A stretch of 64,000 nt of DNA, from the NCBI GenBank assembly GCA_015233935.1, contig JADFXB010000008.1, forward strand, positions 2,532 through 66,531. Reading direction: 5' to 3'. Shown here one piece after another: positions 37,086-45,848 of this stretch (its first letter is position 1; every line of letters starts with the position of its first letter). A program made the translations under genes and the position numbers. The notes under the pieces are model-generated. The model had not been told where the DNA came from. It searched no databases and saw only the letters and a list, made by a program, of their open reading frames with translations. The DNA comes from Magnetococcales bacterium. GTDB lineage: Bacteria > Pseudomonadota > Magnetococcia > Magnetococcales > JADFXB01.

Positions 37086-39476
37086 GTGAAAGAAAGTTTA
37101 ATCTCTGGTCGCTTCAGTTGGTTAATGATGTTTTCAATTGTTTTATTTAGTGTTATTTGGTTGCAGGGTCTCTTGCTGGAGGATAACTGGCTTCCCATTT
37201 ATGACAGCCTATACCGATACCAGGTTTTTCATTTTTTTTATAATGAAATGGCGACCAATGGCGAGTTTCCCCGTTGGATGCCCTATGGTTCCTATGGCAT
37301 AGCTACCTATTATTTCATGTGGGCTGGTCTGTCACCTGGGTCATTGCTGATAGCTCTGTTGGGGCTGCTCTTTCATCAGAATGATATATTATTTTTATTC
37401 CGGCTCTCCATGATGGTGGATGCCGTGCTCTATTTAACAGGGGTAGCTCTACTCTGTGCCACTCTGATGCAAAGCTGGTATGCCCGCATTCTGGTTGTAC
37501 TAACCGCTCTATTGACTCTCTCCTGGTGGTTTCAGCCCTATTTTAACCTTTATGTCATTTATGGGTTGCCATGGATGATGCTGGCTCTTGTGTGGTTTTT
37601 CCAGCAGCAGGAGGGGCGATACCTTTGGATGGCGGGGATAGTGGCGGCCCTTTCGTTTATTGGCAATGTTCCTTACATCGCCCCGGTCTACTTCTGGAGC
37701 CTGTTGGTGTGGGTGATTCCCCTTTTGGTGGTGCGGCCAAGTTTGTTGAAGTGCCTTTGGAAAAAAGACCATCTTCCTTGGCTATTGCTGTTTTTGTTAC
37801 TGCTATTGTCCATGATCTGGTTTGTTACCCATGTGGATGGTGGGGCTGTCAATCTTACCCATGGCCGTGATCAAGTCAGTCAAAAGGTTACCCTGAATCA
37901 CTACCGGGAATATGGTAGTCTGGGGTTCTGGACCATTTTTGTCTCCTTCATCCTGGGTGGTACGGCTTATGGGGAGCTGGTCAGTTATACAGGTGTCGTT
38001 CCACTCTTTTTGTTTTTGGTGGGGATGTTGTTCATGCGCCATCCCCTCTATTGGGGAATGGTGTTGGTGGCAGTGCTTTGGAGCTGGAATGCCATCGGTG
38101 AGATGGGCAGCCTATTCGTTTATCACCTGCCAGGTATGGATCGATTTCGTCATATCGGCTACCTGATGATGATTGTCCATCTCATGGTAATTCTTGCTGC
38201 GGGCATGGTCGTGGATTCTTTGGCAGAGAAGGGTGACAGGCAGCCTGTTGCCTGGAAAAAGCGTTTAATTCTGCTTCTGTTGGGCCTCTTTCTGCTGGCT
38301 CTCGATACCTGGTGGGGATGGGGTGAGCTGGATGGTTCCATGGAAGTGGAAATTGAGAGGGATTGGTTGGGATGGGTTACCTTCCGTGCGGTATCTTCTT
38401 GGCTAGCCATTTTATTGGCAGCAGGGTTGTGGTTGTGGCAAAGACGATTATTGGCCAGTTGTGCGCTGGCAGTAGGTCTGTTACTGGATTTAGCCAGCTT
38501 TCAATGGCAAGCTTACCTGGAGAATCAGCGGAACCATCTTAAACAGGCACCAGCCATTTTTCTGACCTCTCCCATGCCGTATTGGGTGCAACGTCCACCC
38601 TATTCTTCTGATATTCTGTTGGTTCCGCCGGGTAGACCCAACCAGGTGTTTACCTTTCTGCGGGAGCGGGGAGTTTATTTTCCGGGAACGCCCATCCTTT
38701 CTTACACCTTCGCCCATTTGGACCCCTGTTTTCCCCAGGTGCGTTTGGAGTATTTCCTGCCTTGGGTCTTGGATGCCATTGCTGCACGAGGAGGCGATGC
38801 CATGGCCAGTCGGCGATTGGAACATGGGGCAGCCTTGCTGGGGGTGAAAATAGATGATTTTATCTACCGCTATCAGTACATTGCCATTACCAAAAATACC
38901 CCATTGCAAACAGGGACTCCCTATTTTCTGCCACAAAAGGATGTGCTATGGCAGAAAAGCATGGGGTGCGGGGCGGATAAGTTACGATTGGTATCTGAAG
39001 TGGAGGTGGCAGGTGATCCTGGGGCGGAAAAAGAGCTTCTAACGAAAGCGTTGGATCCCTTTTCTCGACCCGTTATCTATGCAACCCAGCCCATACAATG
39101 GGAAAATCATCTCCCACAAGAGGGGAGTCGGGTGGAGGTGGTACGTTTTTCAGCCAATCAACTGGTGGCACGGGTTCACAATACCTCCCCATTTCCGCAA
39201 TTGCTCTATTATGCCGATGGCTGGCATCCTGACTGGCGGGTATGGGTTAATGGTCAAACCGCCCCTCTGGTACGGGCCAATGGGGGATTCAAGGGGGTGG
39301 TTGTCCCTCCTGGGGTGAGTGAAGTGCGCATGCGTTTTGGCGACGGCACTCTGATGGTGATTCTGGGACAATTGTTGATGATCTTGGGGGGCTTTGGGGT
39401 GGTCCTGGCTGCTGGGGTAGCCGTAACCTACAGACCACCCCCCCTTCCGCCACTCAAGTTGCTCAGGAGCGAGTAG
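37086..39476 (+). CDS. YfhO-like polytopic membrane protein (GT-C-type glycosyltransferase candidate)
   Basis: About 13 or more TM segments, and a C-terminal beta-rich domain ending ...WRVWVNGQTAPLVRANGGFKGVVVPPGVSEVRMRF plus a final TM, as in YfhO proteins. GTG start; lower GC than neighbours. Confidence 0.6.
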   Translation: MKESLISGRFSWLMMFSIVLFSVIWLQGLLLEDNWLPIYDSLYRYQVFHFFYNEMATNGEFPRWMPYGSYGIATYYFMWAGLSPGSLLIALLGLLFHQNDILFLFRLSMMVDAVLYLTGVALLCATLMQSWYARILVVLTALLTLSWWFQPYFNLYVIYGLPWMMLALVWFFQQQEGRYLWMAGIVAALSFIGNVPYIAPVYFWSLLVWVIPLLVVRPSLLKCLWKKDHLPWLLLFLLLLLSMIWFVTHVDGGAVNLTHGRDQVSQKVTLNHYREYGSLGFWTIFVSFILGGTAYGELVSYTGVVPLFLFLVGMLFMRHPLYWGMVLVAVLWSWNAIGEMGSLFVYHLPGMDRFRHIGYLMMIVHLMVILAAGMVVDSLAEKGDRQPVAWKKRLILLLLGLFLLALDTWWGWGELDGSMEVEIERDWLGWVTFRAVSSWLAILLAAGLWLWQRRLLASCALAVGLLLDLASFQWQAYLENQRNHLKQAPAIFLTSPMPYWVQRPPYSSDILLVPPGRPNQVFTFLRERGVYFPGTPILSYTFAHLDPCFPQVRLEYFLPWVLDAIAARGGDAMASRRLEHGAALLGVKIDDFIYRYQYIAITKNTPLQTGTPYFLPQKDVLWQKSMGCGADKLRLVSEVEVAGDPGAEKELLTKALDPFSRPVIYATQPIQWENHLPQEGSRVEVVRFSANQLVARVHNTSPFPQLLYYADGWHPDWRVWVNGQTAPLVRANGGFKGVVVPPGVSEVRMRFGDGTLMVILGQLLMILGGFGVVLAAGVAVTYRPPPLPPLKLLRSE

Positions 39477-40678
39477 ATGGGCATGAAGAGAGCCGCTGCC
39501 AAGAGAGCAAAGAGCAGACCGCCAATGGTAAGGGCAATGGGTTCAATGCTTTTGCTGATGGTGGTCACCAGTTGTTCCAGGCGAATGCGAAAGTCATCCG
39601 CCACATAGCTCAACTGTTCTGCCAGGGAGCCGCTCTGCTCGCCCACACCCACCATGCGCACCACAAAAGGGGGGAAAATATCTGCTTGGGCAAAGGCGTG
39701 GTGGAGACCGGTCCCCTGTATCAGATGGCTGCGCACGGAAGCCAATTTTTGCCGGTAGACCTCATTGGTGAGGGATTGGCTCAAAATATCCAGACTGCGT
39801 AATACATCAACGCCCGCATTCAGCATCAAGGCAAAATATTCGGCGATAAAGGCAATATTGGCGGTGGAGACGATGACGCCCACCACCGGAAGTTTCAATA
39901 ACAGGGAGTGAATCACCCAGCGCACCTGGGGAGATTCACGCAAGCTGATCACCAGGGCAAAAATCGATAAAGCCAGAGCTATCACAATAGGAAATAACCA
40001 GTTTTGAATGGTGGTGGCAACGGACATGACAAACAGGGTGAAAGCAGGCAGCTTCATCTTCATTTGCACAAAGATGGCAGAGATTTGGGGAATGACATAG
40101 ACCAGCCAGAAGACAGCCGCCGCCAGGATGGCGGTCAACATGAAGGCGGGATAGATCAGGGCACTCCGTGCCTCCTGCATGATGCGGCTGGAGCGTTTTT
40201 CATGGTTGGCCGCATCTCGAATGGTGCGATCCAGGGCACCGCTCTCTTCGCCCAGTCGGGTGAGATAGATCAAGGTTTCAGGAAAAAGAGTGGGATATTG
40301 GGAAAAGGCTTCTGACAGGCTGGAGCCGTTTTCAATCCGCTGCACCAACTCGCGACCGACCCGTGCCAGGGTGGGGTTGTCATGTTTAGCCAGGCTGTCT
40401 CGCAAGGCGGTCAAGAGGGGCATGCCTGCTTTGAGCATCACGGCCAGATTGTTCAACCCTTCTGCCAGTTGATCACGGGTGACCCTTTCGGAGGTGAACT
40501 CCTGCAAGGTGGAGAGAATGGTTCCCAATTGGGGATTCAGGGGATAGGCATAGATGACTGTTCCACCTTGTCCTTCCAGATAGGTAATGGCAGAGGCGGG
40601 ATTGGTGAAGGGGAGTTGGATCAATCCTCCTTGCACCTTGCCTTTGGCATCGATCTGTTTGTAGCGGAAGTAGCCCAT
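39428..40678 (-). CDS. Type II secretion / type IV pilus platform protein (GspF/PilC/MshG family)
   Basis: Two T2SSF repeats and three TM blocks. Follows the ATPase gene by 2 nt. Confidence 0.88.
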   Translation of the reverse strand: MGYFRYKQIDAKGKVQGGLIQLPFTNPASAITYLEGQGGTVIYAYPLNPQLGTILSTLQEFTSERVTRDQLAEGLNNLAVMLKAGMPLLTALRDSLAKHDNPTLARVGRELVQRIENGSSLSEAFSQYPTLFPETLIYLTRLGEESGALDRTIRDAANHEKRSSRIMQEARSALIYPAFMLTAILAAAVFWLVYVIPQISAIFVQMKMKLPAFTLFVMSVATTIQNWLFPIVIALALSIFALVISLRESPQVRWVIHSLLLKLPVVGVIVSTANIAFIAEYFALMLNAGVDVLRSLDILSQSLTNEVYRQKLASVRSHLIQGTGLHHAFAQADIFPPFVVRMVGVGEQSGSLAEQLSYVADDFRIRLEQLVTTISKSIEPIALTIGGLLFALLAAALFMPIYSLLSNLSGGRGGGL

Positions 40679-40680
40679 GG

Positions 40681-42330
40681 TTAATGTCCCAATACCCGCA
40701 CCAGTTCATCCACCGTGGTAATGCCCATGTGCACCTTACGAACCCCATTCTGAAAAATATTGCGGAATCCCCGGCTGCGGGCATGTTCTTCCAACATGTC
40801 CACCGAGGCATCGCTATAGATCATTTTGGATAGGGTTTGATCGTTGCGCACCACCTCATAAACCAGGGTACGACCAAGATAGCCGGTACCGGTACATAAA
40901 TCGCAACCCTTGCCCCGATAGAGGGTGGTGAGTTCAGGGGTTTTCAGATAATCCAGCTCAGCCTGGCTGGGGGTGTATTCTTCCTTGCAGGCGTGGCAGA
41001 TGCGACGCACCAGTCGTTGACTCACCAATCCCACCATGGCATCAGCCAGCATGAAGGGGGGAATGCCCAGGGAGCGCAGACGGGGGATGGCACCCAGGGC
41101 GGTATTGGTGTGCAGGGTGGAGAGCACCATGTGACCGGTTTCCGAGGCGGAGATGGCGGTTTCGGCGGTTTCCTTGTCGCGGATTTCACCCACCAGAATC
41201 ACGTCCGGGTCATGACGCAGGAAAAAGCGGATGGCGTTGGCAAAGGTATAACCAGCTTTGACATTAATCTGGGTCTGACGCACCAGGGGAATGCGATATT
41301 CAATGGGGTTTTCCACCGTCAAAACATTTTTTTCCGTCAGATTGAGGGCACGCACGGCGGCGTAGAGGGTGGTGGTCTTGCCGGAACCGGTGGGGCCGGT
41401 CAACAGGGCGATACCGAAGGGTTCGTTGAATATTTCCCGCAGGGTCTGGATATCTTCGTCAAAAAATCCCAACTGTTGCAGGCTCATGAAGTCGCCCTTG
41501 GCGGGCAGCAGGCGCAACACCAGGTTTTCGCCAAAGGGGCAGACGGTGGAAGAGACCCGGAAATCATAACGGTTATTGAGGATGGTTTCGGAAAAGCTGC
41601 CATCCTGGGGCAAACGTTGCTCGGCGATGTCCATTTCCGCCTTCATCTTGATGGCGGTGGTGAGGCGTTTGAAGGACAAAGGCATGGCAAACATGGCCCG
41701 CAAGACCCCGTCCACCCGGAAGGCGATGCTGATGGTGCGGTCCATGGGACGGATATGGATGTCGGAGGCCCGGTTTTTCACGGCCAATTGCAGGAGATAG
41801 CCCAGAAAGATATCCAGGGAGCGCACATTGTCCACGTCGCTGGCCAACAGTTGCATCTCCCTGTCCAGCAATTTTTCTACCGGGTTGTCCAGGAAGTAGA
41901 AATAATACTGGATGGCGTTTTGTACTTTACTCTTTTCCCCTTGGAAAAAGATGGGGCGCAGGGAGGTGTTGCGGGTGATCAATCGCTCCAGGGCATCCAC
42001 ATCGTCGCTGGCGGTCACCACTTCGATGGCGTTGGCATCGTGTTTAATGGGGAGAAAGCGGTTGCTCAAGCAAAAGTTCATGTTGAACAGACGCATGGAT
42101 TTGGCGTCGGGCAGCACGTGGTCCACATCCAGGTAGGGGCGTCCATCTTGCAGGGAGATGGTGGTGGCCACGTCAAATTGGGAGACAAAGCCCAACCTTT
42201 CCAGAACTTCACCCAGACGTTCCTGGGTAATTTTCTGATCTTGCAGTGCCAATTGGATATGGCCAGGGGTAATCAGCCCTTTTTCTTGCAGCAGTTCCCC
42301 TATGGGTTTGCGACGCACTGGCTCCGACAT
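40681..42330 (-). CDS. GspE/PilB-family secretion ATPase with an MshEN-type N-terminal domain
   Basis: Walker A GPTGSGKTT, tetracysteine CHACK...CDLC, and N-terminal PIGELLQEKGLITPGHIQLALQDQ-KITQE-RLGEVLERLGFVSQFDVATTISLQ. Confidence 0.9.
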   Translation of the reverse strand: MSEPVRRKPIGELLQEKGLITPGHIQLALQDQKITQERLGEVLERLGFVSQFDVATTISLQDGRPYLDVDHVLPDAKSMRLFNMNFCLSNRFLPIKHDANAIEVVTASDDVDALERLITRNTSLRPIFFQGEKSKVQNAIQYYFYFLDNPVEKLLDREMQLLASDVDNVRSLDIFLGYLLQLAVKNRASDIHIRPMDRTISIAFRVDGVLRAMFAMPLSFKRLTTAIKMKAEMDIAEQRLPQDGSFSETILNNRYDFRVSSTVCPFGENLVLRLLPAKGDFMSLQQLGFFDEDIQTLREIFNEPFGIALLTGPTGSGKTTTLYAAVRALNLTEKNVLTVENPIEYRIPLVRQTQINVKAGYTFANAIRFFLRHDPDVILVGEIRDKETAETAISASETGHMVLSTLHTNTALGAIPRLRSLGIPPFMLADAMVGLVSQRLVRRICHACKEEYTPSQAELDYLKTPELTTLYRGKGCDLCTGTGYLGRTLVYEVVRNDQTLSKMIYSDASVDMLEEHARSRGFRNIFQNGVRKVHMGITTVDELVRVLGH

Positions 42331-42354
42331 GGCAGAATATCCATTTGCGGTGAA

Positions 42355-43353
42355 TCAGCGCAATCTGTCCAGGAGAAGACGAGGGCGCGGATCTTCGGGA
42401 TGGAGGCGAATGATATCTTTGAGACGGGCTTCTGCCTGATCAATCCTTTGGGTGGTGGCTTCCACCACGGCCAAGTTGAGGTTGGCGTCGGCATCGTCGG
42501 GAATGATGGCCAGAATGCGTTCCAGATAGCGTTCGGCTTGCAGATAATCGCCTTTTTGGATAGCCCAGAAGCCTCTCATTTTCAGGAGGAAAAGTCCATC
42601 TTTTCCTTGGGCTTTTTCCAACTGGTTGAACTGTTTTTCCACCTGTGCGGCATCATTTTGTGCCATGGCTGTTTTCAAATCAGCAATGGTTTCCCGCACC
42701 ACTTGGGGATTTTTGCGGGGAGGTTCACCCCCACGGATTTCGTTTCTACGATCATCCCGTCTGGGACGCTCGCCTGATTGAATAATGAGTGGATCATTTG
42801 ATTTTTTGATGATGGGATCCACTGTGGGCATTTTGTCATGTTCTTCTTCTGCCGTGGGGGAAGGCGCGGGGGCAGGGGAAGAAAGGGGTGGGGGCAAGCC
42901 TGCGGATTCAACAGCGGTGATCGCTGGCGGCAGGGGGGCCGAACCACCGACAGAAGGCTGTTGGGGTTGAGAAGATGAGACAGCGGTGGGAGACAGGCCA
43001 ACCCGACTGGTGGTTGGCAAGGGTAACCCTTTGGCACCTTCAGAACTTCCCATGGTTTTAGGCAGGGCGGGACGGCTTTGTACTTCTGGCTTGGTGGGAG
43101 CTGGTGGTGTCGGGGGCTGGGCGGGTTTTTCCGGTTTGGGGGCGGTCCAGGTAATCAACAGGGCACCCACCACCGACAACAGCAGGGCAACCCCGGACAG
43201 AATCATGGGTTTTTTATGGCGTTCCCAGAGGGAGGATGGGGCGGATGAAGAAGGTGGCGATGGGGGCATGGCCCCGCCTTCGCTTGCCGGGGTGGGTGGT
43301 TCGCCGGAAGCGGTGGATTTAACCTTGTTCAGTGCCCGATAGATGACGCTCAT
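42355..43353 (-). CDS. MshN-like protein: N-terminal TM, Pro-rich linker, C-terminal TPR
   Basis: MSVIYRALNKVK start, TM ILSGVALLLSVVGALLI, a long P/S/A-rich region, and TPR-like LKMRGFWAIQKGDYLQAERYLERILAIIPDD. Confidence 0.65.
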   Translation of the reverse strand: MSVIYRALNKVKSTASGEPPTPASEGGAMPPSPPSSSAPSSLWERHKKPMILSGVALLLSVVGALLITWTAPKPEKPAQPPTPPAPTKPEVQSRPALPKTMGSSEGAKGLPLPTTSRVGLSPTAVSSSQPQQPSVGGSAPLPPAITAVESAGLPPPLSSPAPAPSPTAEEEHDKMPTVDPIIKKSNDPLIIQSGERPRRDDRRNEIRGGEPPRKNPQVVRETIADLKTAMAQNDAAQVEKQFNQLEKAQGKDGLFLLKMRGFWAIQKGDYLQAERYLERILAIIPDDADANLNLAVVEATTQRIDQAEARLKDIIRLHPEDPRPRLLLDRLR

Positions 43354-43357
43354 GGTC

Positions 43358-45166
43358 TTATAACACCGTCACGTGGAGCATGATGACCAACTCACGGAGG
43401 GCATCCTGGTTATCGGTAGTGGTAAACAGTCCGCCCAAGAGGGGAATATCCGAAAGAACCGGCACCCCTTGTTTGGATTGTCGTCGGTCTTTGTCAATTA
43501 AGCCACCCAGAAAGACCGTATCACCATTGTTCACATCCAGGACGGTGGAGAGTTCTTTTAGTTCCACCCGGGGCAGGGTAATTTGGGTGGTTCCGGTCTC
43601 TTGCATGTTGGACATGTCCACTTCGCTTTTGACCGGATTGATGGTTAAAGAAACCCGTTGTCCTTCGGTGATAAAGGGAACCACGCCAATCAACAGACCA
43701 TTGAAGACCGAGTCAACTTCCACCTGAGTTTCCGTGGAATTGACGGTGGAGGTGGTATTGGTAGTCTTGACCTCTTTGACGTAGGCACTGGACTGACCAA
43801 CACTGATCATGGCTGGTTGGGCATGTTTGGCCCGAATGGTGGGATTGGAGACAATTTTGACATCGCCGAAGGTTTTCAGCAGGCTTAAAATGGCCTTGCC
43901 ATGGTCGCTGGCGTAGGCGATGGAGAGGGCCTTGGCGGTGGATTGGGTATTGGCGGCAGCCAGGGTTCCGGTGGTCAACAATTGACGGGTGACATTGGCG
44001 GAGTCAAAGGGGGGCAGGGCATTGGTTACCCCGGCCAGGGATTGACTGATGCCTCTTCCCACGGAAAGCTGGTTGGACAACATGTTCCAGTCGATACCGG
44101 CTTGATGGCTATTATCCAGGCGGATTTCCATGATACGGGCTTCAATCAGGATTTGTCTGGCCAGGATTTGCCGATAATTTTCAATCAACTTGGTGGCATT
44201 GCGCACAGCTGAGGGTCTGGCGCGCAAGAAGAGGGTGCCGGTTTGTCGGTTGATGTGGTATTGATCGGGATCTTTGAAGACATGGCGCAGCATATCTTCA
44301 ACATAATCATAGGGGTTGGTTTTGGCGGGACCGGTTCCGCGAATTTGGAAACCCCCTTTGATGGAGGTGGTGGAAGCGGTATTGCCGCCTTTGTTGCTGC
44401 CCAATCCCCGATTGCTGGAGCCTAGTACATCGCCGCCCACCTCAAAGGAGGATGTGAGGTTGGTTTCCAGCATATCCAGATGGATCACCGCTTCTTGCTG
44501 GGGGTCTACCCGTAGCAGATTGCCTTTGATTTCTCCGTACAGATCGGTCAACTGCATGATTTCGGTGAAGGCGCGGGAGAGGGGAACTTCATGAAAACTG
44601 ACGCTGACATAGCGGGGATTGGTCAATAAATCCGGGTGCAACAGTAGGTTAATTTTGGCTTCTTTGGAGAGGACCGACAGGATGTGGCGCACGTCGGCAT
44701 TATCCATCTCCAGGGAGATCAGGATATCGTCCAGGGGGTTATAGGTGGGTTGAAAGACCACTGGGCGGTTGTCTTTACCCTTGATTTTCTGGCCGTCGCG
44801 GAGGATTTCCTGTTGGCGGTCCTGGGTATCCATGGATTCCTGGCGAAATTTTTCGCCGGCAGTTTTGTCAAAGTCCCGACTGGGATCGATCAGTTGCAGG
44901 ATATCGTTTTCGATACGGCTGCGACGGCGGGCGTCTCGGTCATCGGGGTGGATAGCGGGGGCGTTACTGGTGGGGGTACGTTCCAGTTTTTGTCGCAGCT
45001 CATCCACATGGCGGGCACTTTCCTGGCTTTCTTTGGCCAACAGGGAGGAGCTTTTTTCCAGTTGGGACTCTGGGGAGGGGGCGTCCTGTTGGGGTACGGA
45101 CTGGCACCCTCCCAGCATGCTGACCAGGCTCACCCAGGAAAACAGTATGTTGCCAAGACGCCGCAT
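43358..45166 (-). CDS. Secretin (GspD/PilQ/MshL family), probable lipoprotein
   Basis: C-terminal secretin domain (VPVLSDIPLLGGLF). ATG at 45166 gives MRRLGNILFSWVSLVSMLGGC (lipobox). The track ORF extends to a TTG at 45265. Confidence 0.85.
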   Translation of the reverse strand: MRRLGNILFSWVSLVSMLGGCQSVPQQDAPSPESQLEKSSSLLAKESQESARHVDELRQKLERTPTSNAPAIHPDDRDARRRSRIENDILQLIDPSRDFDKTAGEKFRQESMDTQDRQQEILRDGQKIKGKDNRPVVFQPTYNPLDDILISLEMDNADVRHILSVLSKEAKINLLLHPDLLTNPRYVSVSFHEVPLSRAFTEIMQLTDLYGEIKGNLLRVDPQQEAVIHLDMLETNLTSSFEVGGDVLGSSNRGLGSNKGGNTASTTSIKGGFQIRGTGPAKTNPYDYVEDMLRHVFKDPDQYHINRQTGTLFLRARPSAVRNATKLIENYRQILARQILIEARIMEIRLDNSHQAGIDWNMLSNQLSVGRGISQSLAGVTNALPPFDSANVTRQLLTTGTLAAANTQSTAKALSIAYASDHGKAILSLLKTFGDVKIVSNPTIRAKHAQPAMISVGQSSAYVKEVKTTNTTSTVNSTETQVEVDSVFNGLLIGVVPFITEGQRVSLTINPVKSEVDMSNMQETGTTQITLPRVELKELSTVLDVNNGDTVFLGGLIDKDRRQSKQGVPVLSDIPLLGGLFTTTDNQDALRELVIMLHVTVL

Positions 45167-45274
45167 GGAGAAAAGCCCCGGAAGTTGAGTTTGTTGTTTT
45201 GTAAATAGCCGAATCTGGTCTAAATTTGTTTGCCAGGGTTGGGTGATTATAGCTGGTGATGGCAAGTTTTCAAG

Positions 45275-45430
45275 TCAAGCCATTCTCAGTTGGTGCAGAA
45301 AATGTTTTGAGCGCACCCGGTGTTCTTGGACGGCCAGTCCGGCGAGGGGGCGTTTTTTAAGGGGATCGTTGTCCCAGAAGGAGTTCATGGAACGGCGAAA
45401 TTTAAGGATGAGTCTGGATACGATGGTCAT
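45275..45430 (-). CDS. Candidate 51-aa ORF upstream of the secretin (below the track cutoff)
   Basis: Hand translation gives MTIVSRLILKFRRSMNSFWDNDPLKKRPLAGLAVQEHRVRSKHFLHQLRMA. An AAGGA lies 8 nt upstream of the ATG. I recognise no family. Confidence 0.25.
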   Translation of the reverse strand: MTIVSRLILKFRRSMNSFWDNDPLKKRPLAGLAVQEHRVRSKHFLHQLRMA

Positions 45431-45848
45431 GATATTTTTCCTTATTGCTTGGCACTTGGTCCCACGGGTTGGGATGGCGGTGAAAGGGCCACGGTAATAA
45501 GGATAAATGCAACTTTCGCGCCAATTATTAATAATGGGGCGCGGTCAGGATGGTTCAGGAAAAATCCGTTGATAAAATATTGAAATTAAGCTACTTTACA
45601 ACAAATTTCCCATAAGTGACAACCCTTTTTTGCCAGTAAGGGAACCGGGAAAAGAAAGCGTCAAGACAATGACAGAAATAAAATCCCACCCTATCAATCT
45701 CATGAATCCCCCCCACTCCAAACAGGGACGGCAAACTTGCGAGGTGACATTGCATTACAAGCTGAAATGAGATAATAATAGACCGTTTAGTTCAAGTAGT
45801 GATGGATGGAACCACAAGGTAAAGATGTACAAAATAAGGGGAAGAGGA

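Noticed and set aside
40993-42777. A 594-aa plus-strand ORF, the longest unexplained ORF in the track. Similar cases: 53201-54628 (475 aa), 9091-10083 (330 aa), 11967-12743, 21365-22079, 54790-55686 and 57244-58918.
   Set aside because: Each lies exactly antisense to a gene with strong motif support (GspE ATPase, copA, lptF, pepA, rluB and others). Their translations are Gly/His/Gln/Arg-rich low-complexity strings typical of stop-poor antisense frames in GC-biased coding DNA. None carries a recognisable motif.
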